From Chiloscyllium plagiosum (Eukaryota), in assembly GCF_004010195.1 (NCBI RefSeq), contig NC_057712.1:39865470-39929469 (forward strand): a stretch of 64,000 nucleotides of DNA. Direction: 5' to 3'. Under the pieces are notes generated by a model. The model made no database searches, was not told the DNA's origin, and was given only the letters and a program-made list of their open reading frames with translations. The translations under genes and the position numbers were made by a program. Below, piece after piece: positions 1 through 12,480 of this stretch. Every line of letters starts with the position of its first letter. Position 1 is the first letter of the stretch.

Positions 1-111
1 CACCTCCTTGATATCCTGGTTCCCACCCCACAAGCAAAATATCTTGAACTTGACCTCCACCCCAAAATCCCAACCTCACTCCTCACCCCCTGATATCCCA
101 AACCTCACCCC

Positions 112-754
112 TATTTGGACCAGGCCAGACCCCCTCAAAACATTTCAAGAAGGAAGCCCAGACCTTAACTTTGCTAATTATTTTAAGCAGGTGTACAGTG
201 GACATACCAGGAGTGATGCAGCTGGTCAAAACCCCTCAGTTTTAAACAAAACAGAATTTATTTACTGAGTACTGAATGAAATACAAAGAAGAGACCAGAG
301 TACAGAATAACTTAACATATCTGAAAACCCAATAGACTACCCCAGCTTCATGATGCTGTTCCAAATGTCACCATTCCCCCTTTGGCAAAAAGGTGATAAT
401 CAGACACAGGTTCTTACAGGAGAGAGAGAGATGGCAGAGAATTTAGCATGGAACTTCCTTCTACTATAGCTGTTTCAGTGGAATCCCCAATTTAGCAGCT
501 CTGAATAACCAAACTGCTAAAACCAAAACAAACCAGAGAAAAACTGAGCTGGGAGAACTGGCCACTCCCCTTTCATTGTACAAGTGTTTGTTTTAAAACT
601 TGAAAGCATTTTTCTGAGACAGTATCTGTTAGCTATAATAAAATTGGCCCTGAAACTCATACAAACCAGACACAGCGGAACCTATGCATTTATGAGCCCT
701 CTCAAAAAAAACCAAAAGACCGAATAACATTGTCAAAGGAGCAGCATTGTCACA
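112..754 (-). mobile_element. Solo LTR related to the LTRs of the Gmr1-type Gypsy element at 53347-61187
   Basis: Collinear with 53347-53936 and 60753-61187 (ggaccagg..gaccccctcaaaacattt..aagaagg; ggagtgatgcagctggtcaaa; ctgggagaactggccactcccct; ends gcagcattgtcaca); flanked by CCCC at 108-111 and 755-758 (4-bp TSD). Confidence 0.85.
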
Positions 755-1270
755 CCCCTACAACCCAATATCCTGACCCCTTCTCCTATTCTCCATCATG
801 CCATCCTTGATGGCCTGCCTCTGAGCCCCATCCTTTGCAGTCTCACTGAAAACCTCCCTTGTCCCTGTCCCATTCAGCAGGCCCATCAGCATTGGCGCCA
901 GAAACTGCACCCAGTTAAACCAAACATGTTATCTCATTGCTCTTCCAATCAAGGTTGGCCTCCTTCCTGCATTTGTTGCTGATAGGCTGAGAAATCGTGG
1001 GAGGGAAACAGCCTCTCATCGAGCCATGATTATAATCAGGAATGGGGCAGAACTGGGGCTCACAGGAGGTTACTGTGAATGGGAGGGCAGGATCATGGAG
1101 AGAGATTTGAAAACAGGTTGAGGATACATGTTAGCGAAATCCTCAGTCACACTGTGTAAAAAGGAAAGGTATGGGATGCCAGATTAGTGAGGAAAATCAC
1201 AGACAAAAAGGGGGGAAATAAATAAACAATTCCTATCACCAGACTGTCGTTTACACTGGAAGGGTCTTAC

Positions 1271-1332
1271 TTTGAAAAGGGAGTCCTATCCTCATCTGCC
1301 ATCAACAAAGAGTTATCCCAGCTCAGTTTGAC
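1271..1332 (-). CDS. EIF2AK2: EIF2AK2/PKR candidate linker exon (VKLSWDNSLLMADEDRTPFS)
   Basis: cag acceptor and gtaaga donor; open in phase 0 after the 1454-1523 exon; weak polypyrimidine tract and no recognisable motif. Confidence 0.45.
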
Positions 1333-1453
1333 CTGTAACGATAATGGATCACTCACTCATGGAAGCCTGAAAAACTGTAAATATTTATCCTGAAGGAAGT
1401 GGGCTGCCCTGAAACAGCTTTACCATTCTGAAAGTGAAGTTTGCTACACTTAC

Positions 1454-1523
1454 ATCCATACTGACTGTGGAAATGAACTCGTCATCACTCTTCTCGAGCT
1501 CACTACTGTGATCTTCCATGAAC
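1454..1523 (-). CDS. EIF2AK2: EIF2AK2/PKR linker exon (RFMEDHSSELEKSDDEFISTVSMD)
   Basis: ttcttttatag acceptor, gtaagt donor; phase-compatible with the 5255-5334 exon; open frame. Confidence 0.7.
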
Positions 1524-1539
1524 CTATAAAAGAACAGAA

Positions 1540-1930
1540 CTTGCATTTACATAGCACCTTTCACCACCTCAGGATGTCCCCTGTTCTTTACAGCCAAGTA
1601 AATTTACAACACTGCAATGTCGAGAATAAAGCAGCAGCCAGTTTGTGAAAGGTGCTACCCAGAAGCAGTGCTCCTTAAATGACCAGACCATAGGGACTCT
1701 TGTTATTGGCTGAGGGATAGACTCTGTCCAAGAGAGCTAACAGAGGGTCCTCTGAGAAACAGTTGCTGGTCTCGCTTATGCCCATGCAGGAGGACAAATG
1801 CAAGCTTGTTTTAACATCTCATCAGAAAGATGATACTCCAAGACAGCAGCACTTCCTCAGTACTGCACCGGATTATCTGCACAAGTCAATTCCAGACTGA
1901 ATTTGACAGTCAAATACTCGTGATTAATAC
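1540..1930. mobile_element. Ancient degenerate SINE/L2-like repeat (related copies ~7090-7590, ~34060-34420, ~63790-64000)
   Basis: Recurrent motifs (ttgcattt..atagcacctttca; cagcagccaatttgcacacagc; tctcatgtgaaagacagca) shared between the copies. Confidence 0.5.
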
Positions 1931-2013
1931 TGACCAGTGCACAGGGTCATCTCTGCTCTTAGAGCAATGGATGGATGGCAGGGTAGCAAACAAAAAGGCA
2001 TTTACTTCGAGTT

Positions 2014-2623
2014 TTAGAGTCATAGAGATGTACAGCACGGAAGCAACCCTTCAGTCCAACCCGTCCATGCCGACCAGATATCCCAACCCAATCTAGTCCC
2101 ACCTGCCAGCACCTAACCCATATCCCTCCAAACCCTTCCTATTCATATACCCATCCAAATGCCTCTTAAATGTTGCAATTGTACCAGCTTCCACCACATC
2201 CTCTGGCAGCTCATTCCATACCTGTACCACCTTCTGTGTGAAAATGTTGCCCCTCGGGTCTCTTTTATATCTTTCCCCTCTTACCCTAAACCTATGCCCT
2301 CTAGTTCTGGACTCCCAGACTCCAGGGAAAAGACTTTGTCTATTTAATTTTGTAAACCTCAGCCTGTTCAGCCTCTCCCTATAGCTCAAATCCTCCAACC
2401 CTGGCAACATCCTTGTAAATCTTTTCTGAACCCTTTCAAGTTTCACAATATCTTTCCGATAGGAAGGAGACCAGAATTGCATGTAATATTCTAACAGTGG
2501 CCTAACCAATGTCCTGTACAGCCACAACATGACCTCCCAACTCCTGTACTCAATACGCTGACCAATAAAGGAAAGCATACCAAACGCCTTCTTCATTATC
2601 CTATCTACCTGTGACTCCACTTT
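2014..2623 (-). mobile_element. CR1 LINE 3' fragment (RT C-terminus and 3' UTR)
   Basis: ORF 2093-2620 (LYRTLVRPLLEY..QFWSPSYRKD..LERVQKRFTRMLPGL) is typical CR1 ORF2 C-terminus; short ctatgact tail. Confidence 0.92.
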
Positions 2624-3049
2624 CTTTCAAGAACTATCTGGGTTAACTTGTCACAGCAACTGTTGCACCAGCTCACAGTGAAATCCTACTCAGTCCACTT
2701 GGCTACAGGTGCCTGCACCTGGAGTAGGTGCACGCAAGGGCTCTTGCTCCGCACTCCAGGGACTATAGCAGGGAGTGATCTAACGCAGTGGACAATTAAA
2801 GGCTAATCTCAGAATTCTATCCTCAGCAGAGGCAGGGCCTCTGAGAGTGAAGAGAACAAGCTGATGATACAAATAGAAACTGCAAGATTTTGTTTTAAGT
2901 TTCATTCAGCTTCATGGAGAAGTGGACCAGGTAATGGGTATTCTCTGTTGCAGCACACAGGAGCATAGCTGGAGAACACTCAGAGCTCCACTTGCTATCC
3001 TTGCCTCTTCCAGACAAGAGATGAATGCATCAGATTAAACCAAGTAGCC

Positions 3050-3265
3050 CAAAGGAGGGAAGAGAGGTCGGAAGGACGGCGAGATCGCAAGAGAAATGGG
3101 AGAGAAGGAGAGTGAGAGAGGAAGAGAAGACAAGGGGATAAAAGAGAGAGGAGGAGAGGGAAGAGCAAGGGAGGAAAAAGAGAGAAGAAAGAGCTAAGAG
3201 ACACAGAATGAGGAGATTAAGATGGAGAGGTAAGGGTTGTTAGAGGGAGACAAATACGAAGGGAC
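3050..3265. repeat. Purine-rich (GA) low-complexity tract
   Basis: Almost exclusively G/A on the plus strand. Confidence 0.8.
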
Positions 3266-3269
3266 AAGG

Positions 3270-3634
3270 AGACTGTTTGATGGCTTAGAAAGGGTGGTCG
3301 CTGGGAATTTGTTTCCATTAGGTGGGGAGACTAGGACCCATGGGCACAGCCTTAGAATTAGAGGGGATCAATTTGGAATGAAAATGAGGAGACATTTCTT
3401 CAGCCAGAGAATAGTGGGCCTGTGGAATTCATTACCACGGAGTACAGTGGAGGCTGGAACGTTAAATGTCTTCACGGCAGAGATTGATAAATTCTTGATC
3501 TCGCAAGGAATCAAGGACTACAGGGAGAGTGCGGGTAAGTGGCGTTGAAACGCCCATCAGCCATGATTGAGTGGCAGAGTGGATCTGATGGGCCGAATGG
3601 CCTTACTTCCACTCCTATGTCTTATGGTCTTATG
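3270..3634 (+). mobile_element. CR1 LINE 3' fragment
   Basis: ORF 3237-3548 (LFPLGGETRTHGHSLRIRG..FFSQRIVGLWNSLP); ttatggtcttatg tail. Confidence 0.88.
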
Positions 3635-3784
3635 TTTGGAGTGACAGAGAAAGAGAGACAGTGTGCTGGAAACAGAGAGAGAGAGAAAGAGAACACAATA
3701 TTTCTCACGTTGTGCTGAAAGGAATTAGATATTAAGTTACAGTGAATCAGGTTTTTCAGATGCAGTTTCACCGACAGACAGACA

Positions 3785-5200
3785 TACCAACAAGGAGCAG
3801 GAGTAGGATATTCGAGTCTCTCCACCATCCAATAAATTCATGGATTATGTGACTGCAAACTCAAACCCTCACTCCCACCTACTCTGATAACCTTTCACCT
3901 CCTTGCTTACCTAGAATTTATCCACCTCTTCCTTAAAAATATCCAAAGACTCTGCTTAAGTCTCCTTTTCAGGAAGGGTTCCAATGACTCAAATTCCTCA
4001 CAGAAAAGGTTCACCTAATCTCTGTTTAAAATGTATGACTCCTCATAGAGTCATACAGCACGGAAACAGACCCTTTGGCCAAATTCGTCCAAGCTGACCA
4101 GGTTTCCTAAACCGAACGAGTCCCATTTGCCTGCATTTGGCCCATATCCTACTAAACCTTTCCTATCCATGTTTACCTGTCCAAATGCGAATCCTGATTT
4201 TTAAATAGTAATCCCTAGTTCTAGATTCTCCCATAACAGCAAACCTCCTTTCCAGCTTTCAACCTGTCACAACCCCTCAGGATTTTATGTGTTTCAATCA
4301 GGTTAACTCTTACTGCGCTAAACTCCTGTGAATACACACCGAGCTCGATGACCCACCCATTCCAGGTATCATTCTGGTGAACCTTTCCTGAACTGCCTCT
4401 AATATATTTGCACCCTTCCTTAAATAAGGTGACTAGTACTCCAGATGTGCTATCACCAGTGCTATATATAGCTAAAGCATCATCTCCTCCCTATTTCATT
4501 CAACTCCCTTCACAATTGATCATAATATTCTTTTAACTTGACTAATTAATAGCTATACCTGCATATTAACATTTTGCAATTCATGCACAAGGACACTCAG
4601 ATCCCTCTGCATCTCAGAGCTCTGTAATCTCTCAACATTTAGATAAATTGTTTTATCCTTCCAATCAAAATGGACTATTTCACATTTTCCCATACTAAAT
4701 CCAGTTACCATATCTTTGCATACTCACTTAACCTATCGGTGTCTTTTTGTAGTCTCCTTCACTCCTCTCTACAACTTACTTTCGGACTTATCTCCTGCAT
4801 ACAATTGTTTATATAAATTATAAAGAGTAGAGGCCATAGCACCAGCCCCAGTGACACACCCATCATGACATCATGCCAGCCTGAAAAAGACCCATTTATT
4901 CCTACTTTTGGCTTCCTGTTAGCTAGCCAATCTTCTATCCATTACAATGTTACCCCCCAATGCATGGACTTTTATTTTCTGCAATAACCTTTGATGTGGC
5001 ACTTTATCAAAAGCCTTCGGGTAATGTAAGTATGGTACAGTTTCCCCTTAACCACAGCACATGTTACCTCCTCAAAGAACACCAGCAGATTGGTCAAATA
5101 TGATTTCCCTTTCACAAAATCATGTTGACTCCGCCTAACAACCTGGATCCCAAGCTCTGTTATAATTTATTAAATAATAGGTTCTAATAATTTCCCTATC
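3785..5200 (-). mobile_element. Old degenerate CR1 LINE with a younger CR1 tail nested at ~4045-4190
   Basis: Reverse-strand RT motifs (AFDKVPH-like at ~4990-5015, GAM/L.PLLF at ~4810-4850) and 3' UTR signature. Confidence 0.75.
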
Positions 5201-5254
5201 ACTTAGAATAACACACAAGAAAAAGTTACCCATTAAAACAAAACCTAACCATAC

Positions 5255-5334
5255 CTTTTGAGATTCTGGTCGGTGGAGTCTTCTGCAGCGTTCTTGTGTT
5301 GTTCTTCATTTTCAACATTGAGTTTTCTCACATT
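5255..5334 (-). CDS. EIF2AK2: EIF2AK2/PKR linker exon (NVRKLNVENEEQHKNAAEDSTDQNLK)
   Basis: Pyrimidine tract plus aag acceptor, gtatgg donor; phase 0 in and phase 2 out, matching both neighbours. Confidence 0.75.
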
Positions 5335-6141
5335 CTTATTCACAAAGGGAGAAAACAGTAAGAATTTAGCAGTGTATGTGTGGTGTATTTTGTGTGTGTG
5401 TATTTGTCCGTCTGTCTGTCTGCCTGTGCATGAATCTGCACTTCCTCACGAGATGCACTTTTCATAAAATCATCAGTAAACAAATATCACCCCGTAAATA
5501 CAAATACAAAATTTCACTACAGTTGTAGAAAATCTAAAAAAAAAGGGAGTTCTGGAAATGCTCAACAAGTCTGAGAGCAACTACAAAAAGAAAACAGGAA
5601 TCTGTTGAAAGTTTATCAACCTGAATGTTTAACCCTGTTTCGCTCTTCGAAGACGCCTGAATTTTGAAGCAGTTTCATCATTTCCTGGTTTTAATAATTT
5701 CCTTTTCAAATATTCAATTAACTTTTATGACTTAACGCTTTTTAATTCCTTCTCGATGGTATGGGGTTAGTAAGTACCAAACATGAGGTTCAGTTTAAAT
5801 AATACTGCCCATTCAAAGTGGATCCGAAAACAAGTGGGAAACATGTACTGTGCAGAAGAATCACTCTTTCTACATAAGGATTACAGTACTGTAATAGCAT
5901 TAACACATTATATCAGTTATTTGCACTGTATTTTTCTTGTATTTCAATGTCACATTGAATTCTCATCCTCTCAAAACTAGAATGAGAAATCCCAAGTAAT
6001 GATCTTTAGAAAGTTGTAGGTGAACATTACCGGAAAACAGATTCTGTGATCAGTATAACCACTAGGGAAATAAATAGTTTTCTGGTAATGTACTTTTTCC
6101 CTCCCCACTTTCCTTGTTAGTGATATATCGGAATGCTGAAT

Positions 6142-6720
6142 TAGAGTGACAGAGACATAGAGATGTACAGCACAGAAACAGACTCTTCAGTTCAACCCGT
6201 CCATGCCGACCAGATATTCCAACCCAATCTAGTCCCACCTGCCAGCACCCAGCCCATATCCCTTCAAATCCTTTCTATTCATATACCCATCCAGATGCCT
6301 TTTAAATGCTGCAATTGTAACAGCCTCCACCACTTCCTCTGGCAGCCCATTCCACACACATACCACCCTCTGCGTGAAAAAGTTGCCCCTTAGGTCTCTT
6401 TTATATCTTTCCCCTCTCATCCTAAACCTATGCCCTCGAGTTCTGGATTCCCCCACCCCAGGGAAAAGACTTTGTCTATTTATCCTCATGATTTTATAAA
6501 CCTCTGTAATGTTATCCCTCAACCTCCGAAGCTCCAGGGAAAACAGCCCTAGTCTATTCAATTTCTCCCTTTAGCTCAAATCCTCCAATCTTGGCAACAT
6601 CCTTGTAAATCTTTTCTGAACCCTTTCAAGTTTCACAACATCCTTCCGATAGGAAGGAGACCAGAACTGCATCAATATTCCAAAAGTGGCCGCAACATCA
6701 CCTCCCAACTCCTGTAATCA
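6142..6720 (-). mobile_element. CR1 LINE 3' fragment
   Basis: ORF 6229-6561 CR1 ORF2 C-terminus; closely similar to 2014-2623. Confidence 0.92.
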
Positions 6721-6907
6721 AATTGGTGGAATGGACAGAGAGAGCTAGTGGCCTGTTTCTAGCACCAGGCCCATGGTCTCCTAGGCTGATTAGGGCAGCA
6801 GTTTAGTGAAGAATTCCTGTCTTATTTCTCATTGTTGTCCCGATTTTCCATCCTGTTTGCAATAGATGCTTGTGCATTTTCATTCTGTAATTATGCTGAT
6901 CCACTAC

Positions 6908-7037
6908 CTCAGAAAGTGACGGAAGTTCAGAAATTTCCTCATAGGCGAGTAGTGCAGCTTCATGCTTGGCTTCTTGTTTGTTTCGACCATAGCCTAATGG
7001 GTATTCTTTTTTGTCCATGAAAACATTGCATGCAAAC
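6908..7037 (-). CDS. EIF2AK2: EIF2AK2/PKR exon, dsRBM2 C-terminal half
   Basis: FACNVFMDKKEYPLGYGRNKQEAKHEAALLAYEEISELPSLSE (G.G..KQEAK..AA motif); ccag acceptor, gtagtg donor. Confidence 0.9.
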
Positions 7038-7639
7038 CTGGAACACAATGCAAGAACATCACGTATTGTCATTCTAAACCTGTGCAATAAAGGAACTGAC
7101 ATTTACGTACCACTTTTAATGTGGAAGAAAGTTTCAAAGTAATTCACACAGCCACCACAGAGCACAACAATGTCATGACAAAGAGAAAGTCGGAAAGGCT
7201 TGTGTTAATCTAGTGCCTTTCGTAATCTCAGTACCTCCCAAAGTATTTTACAACCAATGTGAAGTATAGTTACTATTGTAATGTCGGAACACAGCAGCCA
7301 ATTTGCACACAGCTCCCACAAATGTCATGGTAGCAATGTCCAAGATCACCTGATTTTGTGATGCTGGTGGAGGGCTACACATTGGTCAGAACATCCTGCC
7401 TTCCTTCAGGTGGTCTCATAGGTTCCTACATTAAGACCAAAGCGGCTGACAGGGCCTTGGTTTCAAGTCTCATGTGAAAGACAGCAACTTGACATTGCAG
7501 CAATCCCTCAGAACTGAATTGGACCATCAGCCTGGAGAACGTACTCAGTTTTCTGCATTTGGAACTTGAACCCATAAGCAACTAAGTCAGAAATGTATAA
7601 TCACTGATTTGCAGCTCACACTGTCATTAGCCAAAATAT

Positions 7640-8650
7640 AAAGTCATAAAGATGAACAACACAGAAACAGATCCTTTGGTCCAATTTGTCCATGCCAACC
7701 AGATGTCCCAATCTAATCCAGTCCCATTTGCCAGCACTTGGCCCATATCCCTCTAAACCCTTCCTATTCATATACCGATCCAAATGAATTTTAAATGTAG
7801 CAATTATACCAGCCTCCACCACTTCCTCTGGCAGCTCATTCCATACCCGTAACACCCTCTGTGTGGAAAAGTTGCCCCTTAGGTCTCTTTTATATCTTTC
7901 CCCTCTTTCCCCTAAACATATGCCCTCTAGTTCTGGACTCCCCTACCCCAGGGAAAAAACTGACTATTTATCCTATTCATGCCCCTCATGACTTTATAAA
8001 TTTCTATAAGGTCACCCCTCAGCCTCCGACGCTCCAGGGAAAATAGCCCCAACCTATTCAGCCTCTCCCTATAGCTCAAATCCTCCAACCCTGGCAACAT
8101 CTTTCTCTATCTTTTCTGAACCTTTTCAAGTTTCACAACATCCTTCCAATGGGAAAGAGACCAGAAGTGCATGCAATATTCCAAAAGTGGCCTAACCAAT
8201 GTCCTGTATAGCAACAACATGACCTCCCAACTCCTGTACTCAATACTCTGACCAATAAAAAAAAGCTTACCAATCGCCTCCTTCACTATCCTATCTACCT
8301 GCGATTCCACTTTCAAGGAACTATGAACCTGCACTCCAAGGTCTCTTTGTTCAGCAACACTCCCTAGGACCTTGCCATTAAGTGTATAAGTCCTGCTCTG
8401 ATTTGCTTCTCCAAAATGCAGCACCTCGCATTTATCTAAATTAAACTCCATCTGCCACTCCTCAGCCCACTGGCCCAACTGATCAAGATCCCATTGTAAT
8501 CCGAGGTAACCTTCCTCACTGTCCACTACACCTCCAATTTTGGTGTCATCTGCAAACTTACTAACTATACCTCCTATGTTCATATCCAAATCATTTATAT
8601 AAGTGACAAAAAGGCAGTGGATCCTTGTGGCACTCCACTGGTCACAGGCT
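7640..8650 (-). mobile_element. CR1 LINE 3' fragment (~1 kb)
   Basis: ORF 8107-8589 with SKFADDTKIGG RT motif and WQMEFNLDKCEVLHFG. Confidence 0.93.
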
Positions 8651-9000
8651 CTTAAAGCTTGGGAGGGAAGGGATAGTTAGGGGATTTCTTAGGACTGAAC
8701 GCCCGAAGGATTAGCTATCAATGGCTAGGAGACAGCAGTTGGTGATGTCAAGCCAACAGAATGCAAAATTCGAAGCGAGGAGGAGGCTGGGTTGAAGAAG
8801 CTTAGAGAAACAGAGGGAATATTGTCTTAGAAGAGTTTAAACTGAAGCATATAAATGTGAAATCAGGCATCAACATGAAAGAGGAATATCACCACAATTA
8901 AGTACCTAGAATGCAACTGATACTCAGAGGGCTTCAAATTCAGCTTAAAATCCAGCCTTAACACCCATTTGAACCTGGTTGTCTGGATGAAGCAGCTAAT

Positions 9001-9210
9001 CTGGGCTAATCCTGGATGACCATGCCCGATTAGTGCTGGTCTGGATTAATCCTGGATGACACTGCCTAGTTAGTCCCAGTCTGGGTTAATTCTGGGTGGT
9101 CCTGCCTGATTAGTGCTAGCCTGGGTTGATCCTGGATGACCCGGTCTGGTTAGTGCTAGCCTGAGTTAATCCTGGATGACCCGGTCTGGTTAGTGCTAGT
9201 CTGGCTAATG
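9001..9210. repeat. Minisatellite, 40-bp unit, about 5 copies
   Basis: Units begin at 9001, 9041, 9081, 9121, 9161 (ctgggttaatcctggatgac...tagtgctagc). Confidence 0.9.
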
Positions 9211-9887
9211 GATGGAACAATTCACAATGAAAGAGACCATGTTGTTTCATTGGTCAGCAGTGGAGTTTGCTTACCGAAACATCCCATTCAATTTTACAAT
9301 AACTTACATTAAAACAAACTTTAATATAGTAAAACATCCTATTCCATGTAATGCATTTGAAGTAAAATTTAATACTGAGCCAAACTCAAGAAGGTCAAAG
9401 AAGCAAGTTTTAAGAAGTGTCTTAAAGAGAGTGGAAGATAGAAAAAAGGGGAGGTTTACGGAAGAAGGTCCAGAACTTAGGACCATGGGAACTGAGACAG
9501 TGGAGAAATGGGAATGACAATATGAAAGAGACAAGACCTGGAGGACAGCAACTATAATAAAACCACATAGTACAGAAGGAGCTATTTGGCCCATCTGTAC
9601 CACTAAAAATACACTACTACCTACAATAGGACTACTCTCCTAGGCCCATAGCCTTGAATGTTATAACACTTCACATGCACATCCAAGTACTTTTTTAACA
9701 GTTGTGAGGTTACCCACCTCAACAGCCATCCCAGGCACTAGTAGCATGGGGAGATGCCAGTACACAGGTTGACTGGTCAAAGAAAGCGTGATAACAATGG
9801 ACACTTTGTTAGATTATAAGAACTCTTAGTAACGGATGGTGTACTAAGTGAGGTGACCATTCTTTCACCAAGAAAGGCAGAGTATAG

Positions 9888-10190
9888 ATTATTAACCTGG
9901 GAAATCTTGGGAAATTCACGGGCAGGTCCATTAACCAGGAGCATAGGGAAAGCCACAAACCAAGGATGTGGAGAATCCATTAACCATGAACAAGGGAGGA
10001 TCTATTAACCAGGAACGCAAGTAGCTTCATTAACTAGCAGTAATGGGGAGATCCATTAACCAGGAGCCAGAGGGGTTCCATTAGCCAGTGGTGTGGGAAG
10101 ATCCATTTACCAGGGGCACAGGGGGGATTCTTTTAACCTGGAGCCAGAGAGGATCCATTCACCAGAGCATGAGGGTAACTAGTAACAAGG
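9888..10190. repeat. Degenerate tandem repeat, ~25-bp period, core atccattaaccagg
   Basis: About ten spaced ccattaaccagg-like cores. Confidence 0.75.
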
Positions 10191-10754
10191 TACAATGAGA
10201 TCTTAGGATCTTAAAAATGTTTGCATGAACATAGGCATCACAGACTAGACCATTGCCCATCCCTAATTGTGATGGTGAGTTGCCTGCTTGAAGCTCTGTA
10301 GACTTTGGGACTAGGGACACCGCAGTGCTGTTAGGTAAGGGGCTAAAGGAATTTGACCCAATGACAATGAAGGGTTAGTTCAGTGTCTGATGGTCCAGTT
10401 TAATTCCTTCGATACATTTCAGTCTTTCGTATGATACAACTTGTTGGTTACTTCAGAGGACAGTTAAAATCAAATACATTGTTGTTGGTCTGGAATCCCT
10501 AATAGCTCTAAAGGACATCAGTAAACCAGGCGAGTTTTTATAAAAATCAACAACGCTACATGGTCACCATTAGGTTAGCCTTGTATTCCAGATCTTACTG
10601 AATTCAAATTTCACCATGTGCAGTGGTGGGCTTTGATCCCATGTCCATAGAATATTAACCTGGGGTTCTGGATTACTAGACTAGTGAAATTAATACGACA
10701 TCTGTCCACTCTTAGCAAGAATAGAAACCTGATTTATCTTTAAAAAAAACTAAC

Positions 10755-10894
10755 TTTTGTACGTGATCCATGCCTGTGTCCAGTTGCTTAAACCTGTACT
10801 CGAGATGTATGCCTTTCTTCTGCCCATACTCGTTGAGCTTGCTGATGTAGTTTCCCATGCTGGCAGGAGATATTCGAAGACTACCGCCATCAGT
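10755..10894 (-). CDS. EIF2AK2: EIF2AK2/PKR exon, inter-dsRBM linker and dsRBM2 N-terminal half
   Basis: TDGGSLRISPASMGNYISKLNEYGQKKGIHLEYRFKQLDTGMDHVQ (NYI..LNEY.QK motif); tgtag acceptor, gttagt donor; phases consistent. Confidence 0.9.
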
Positions 10895-11171
10895 CTACAT
10901 GAAAGACAAATCAGAAGGTACCGCCTTTGTTTTTACAAGCATACACAACCCACACTGAAGCTGCTTGAAAAGGTTATCATCTGTGTGCATCAAGTATCAG
11001 ATACGTTCAATGACCCATTGAAAGTGTTTTCATTCCTTGTGATCATTCTTCTGACCAGACAGTGACAGTAAATCAGTCACTTGTTTTTAATAAAGTCTCC
11101 CAATTCCACATGGATTTTAAACTAACTTCTAAACATTACCTAACAAAACAAAGTTACTTTTACATATTTGA

Positions 11172-11535
11172 GCATGTTGGCTCAGTGGTTAGCACTGCTG
11201 CCTCACAGCACTGTGGTCCTAGGTTTGATTCCACCCTTGGGTGACTGGGTAGAGTGTGCACATTCTCCTCATGTCTACATAGGTTTCATCTGGGTGCTCC
11301 AGTTTCCTCCCACAGTCCAAAAATGTGCAGGTTAGGTGGATCGGCCATGCTAAATTGCCCGTAGTATCCAGACATATTTAGGTTAGGCAAATTAGCTAAG
11401 GGCAAATGTGGTAGTACAGGGATAGGGTGTGGCGGGGGGGTGGGTCTAAGTGAGATGCTCTTTGGAGGGTCAGTATAGATTCAACGGACTGAGTAGCCTG
11501 CTTCCACACTGTAGGGATTCTATGGATTCTATTTA
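11172..11535 (+). mobile_element. tRNA-derived V-SINE (HE1-like)
   Basis: tggctcagtggttagcactgctgcctcacagc A-box head, V-domain (ttctcc..gtttcctcccacagtccaaa), CR1-like tail attctatg. Confidence 0.85.
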
Positions 11536-11634
11536 AGATAAACGGACCAGACTTTGAGAGAAATTGTTTGCCAAATCAGCAGCAAAAAGGGGCTTTTGAC
11601 CAGAATCTGTGAGATCCAGTTGGAGACTGAATTT

Positions 11635-12480
11635 TATTTATTCACCTTGTGAGTCACTTGCTGCACCAGCATTTATTGCCCGTCCCTAGTTGCCTTTGAG
11701 AAAGTAGTGGTGAGCTACCTTCTTGATTTGCTGCAGTCCATGTGTTGCAGATAGACCTATAATACCCTTAGGGAGAAAATTCTAGGATTTTGACCCAGCA
11801 ACAGTGAAGGAATGGCAGTATACTTCCAAGTCAGGATGGCGAGTGGCTTGGAAGGGAACTTGCAGGTGATGGTGTTTCCATGTAACTGCTGCCCTCGTTC
11901 TTCTAGATGGAAGTGGTTGTGGGTTTGGAAGGTGCTGTCTAAGGATCTTTGGTGAATTTCTGCAGTGCATCTTGTAGCTAGTACAGACTACTGCTACTGA
12001 GCGTCAGCTGTGAATGGAGTGAATGCTTGTGGATGTGATGCCAATTGAGTGGGTTGCTTTGTCCTGGATGTTATCAAGCTTCTTCAGTGTTAGTGGAGAT
12101 GTACTCATCCAACCAAGTGGGGCGTATTCCATCACCCTCCTGACTTGTGCCTTGTAGATGGTCGATAGGTTTTGGAGAGTCAGGGAGTGAGTTACTCGCT
12201 ACAGGATTCCTAGCCTCTGACCTGCACTTGTTGTCACAATATTGACATGATTAGTTCAGTTCAGTTTCTGGTCAATAGCAATGCCCAGGATGTTGATAGT
12301 TGGGGATTCCTTAATATCAATCAAGGTCATTGATGAAGCAGCTGAAGATGGTTTCATGCAGGATACTACCCTGAGGAACTCCTGCAGAGACGTCCTGGAG
12401 CTGAGATGACTGACCTCCTACAACCACAATCATCTTCCTATGTGCCAGGTATGACTCCAACCAGTGCAGAGCTATAATTG
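11635..12480 (-). mobile_element. LINE fragment (CR1/L2 group; related copies ~24770-24860, ~32170-32945, ~35530-35760)
   Basis: ORF 12317-12526 WLESYLAHRKMIVVVGGQSS..GVPQGS..FSCFINDL is an RT motif. Confidence 0.8.

Noticed and set aside
9888-10190. CRISPR-like repeat-spacer appearance
   Set aside because: Eukaryotic intron; cores are short and degenerate, spacers are related to each other, and there are no cas genes.
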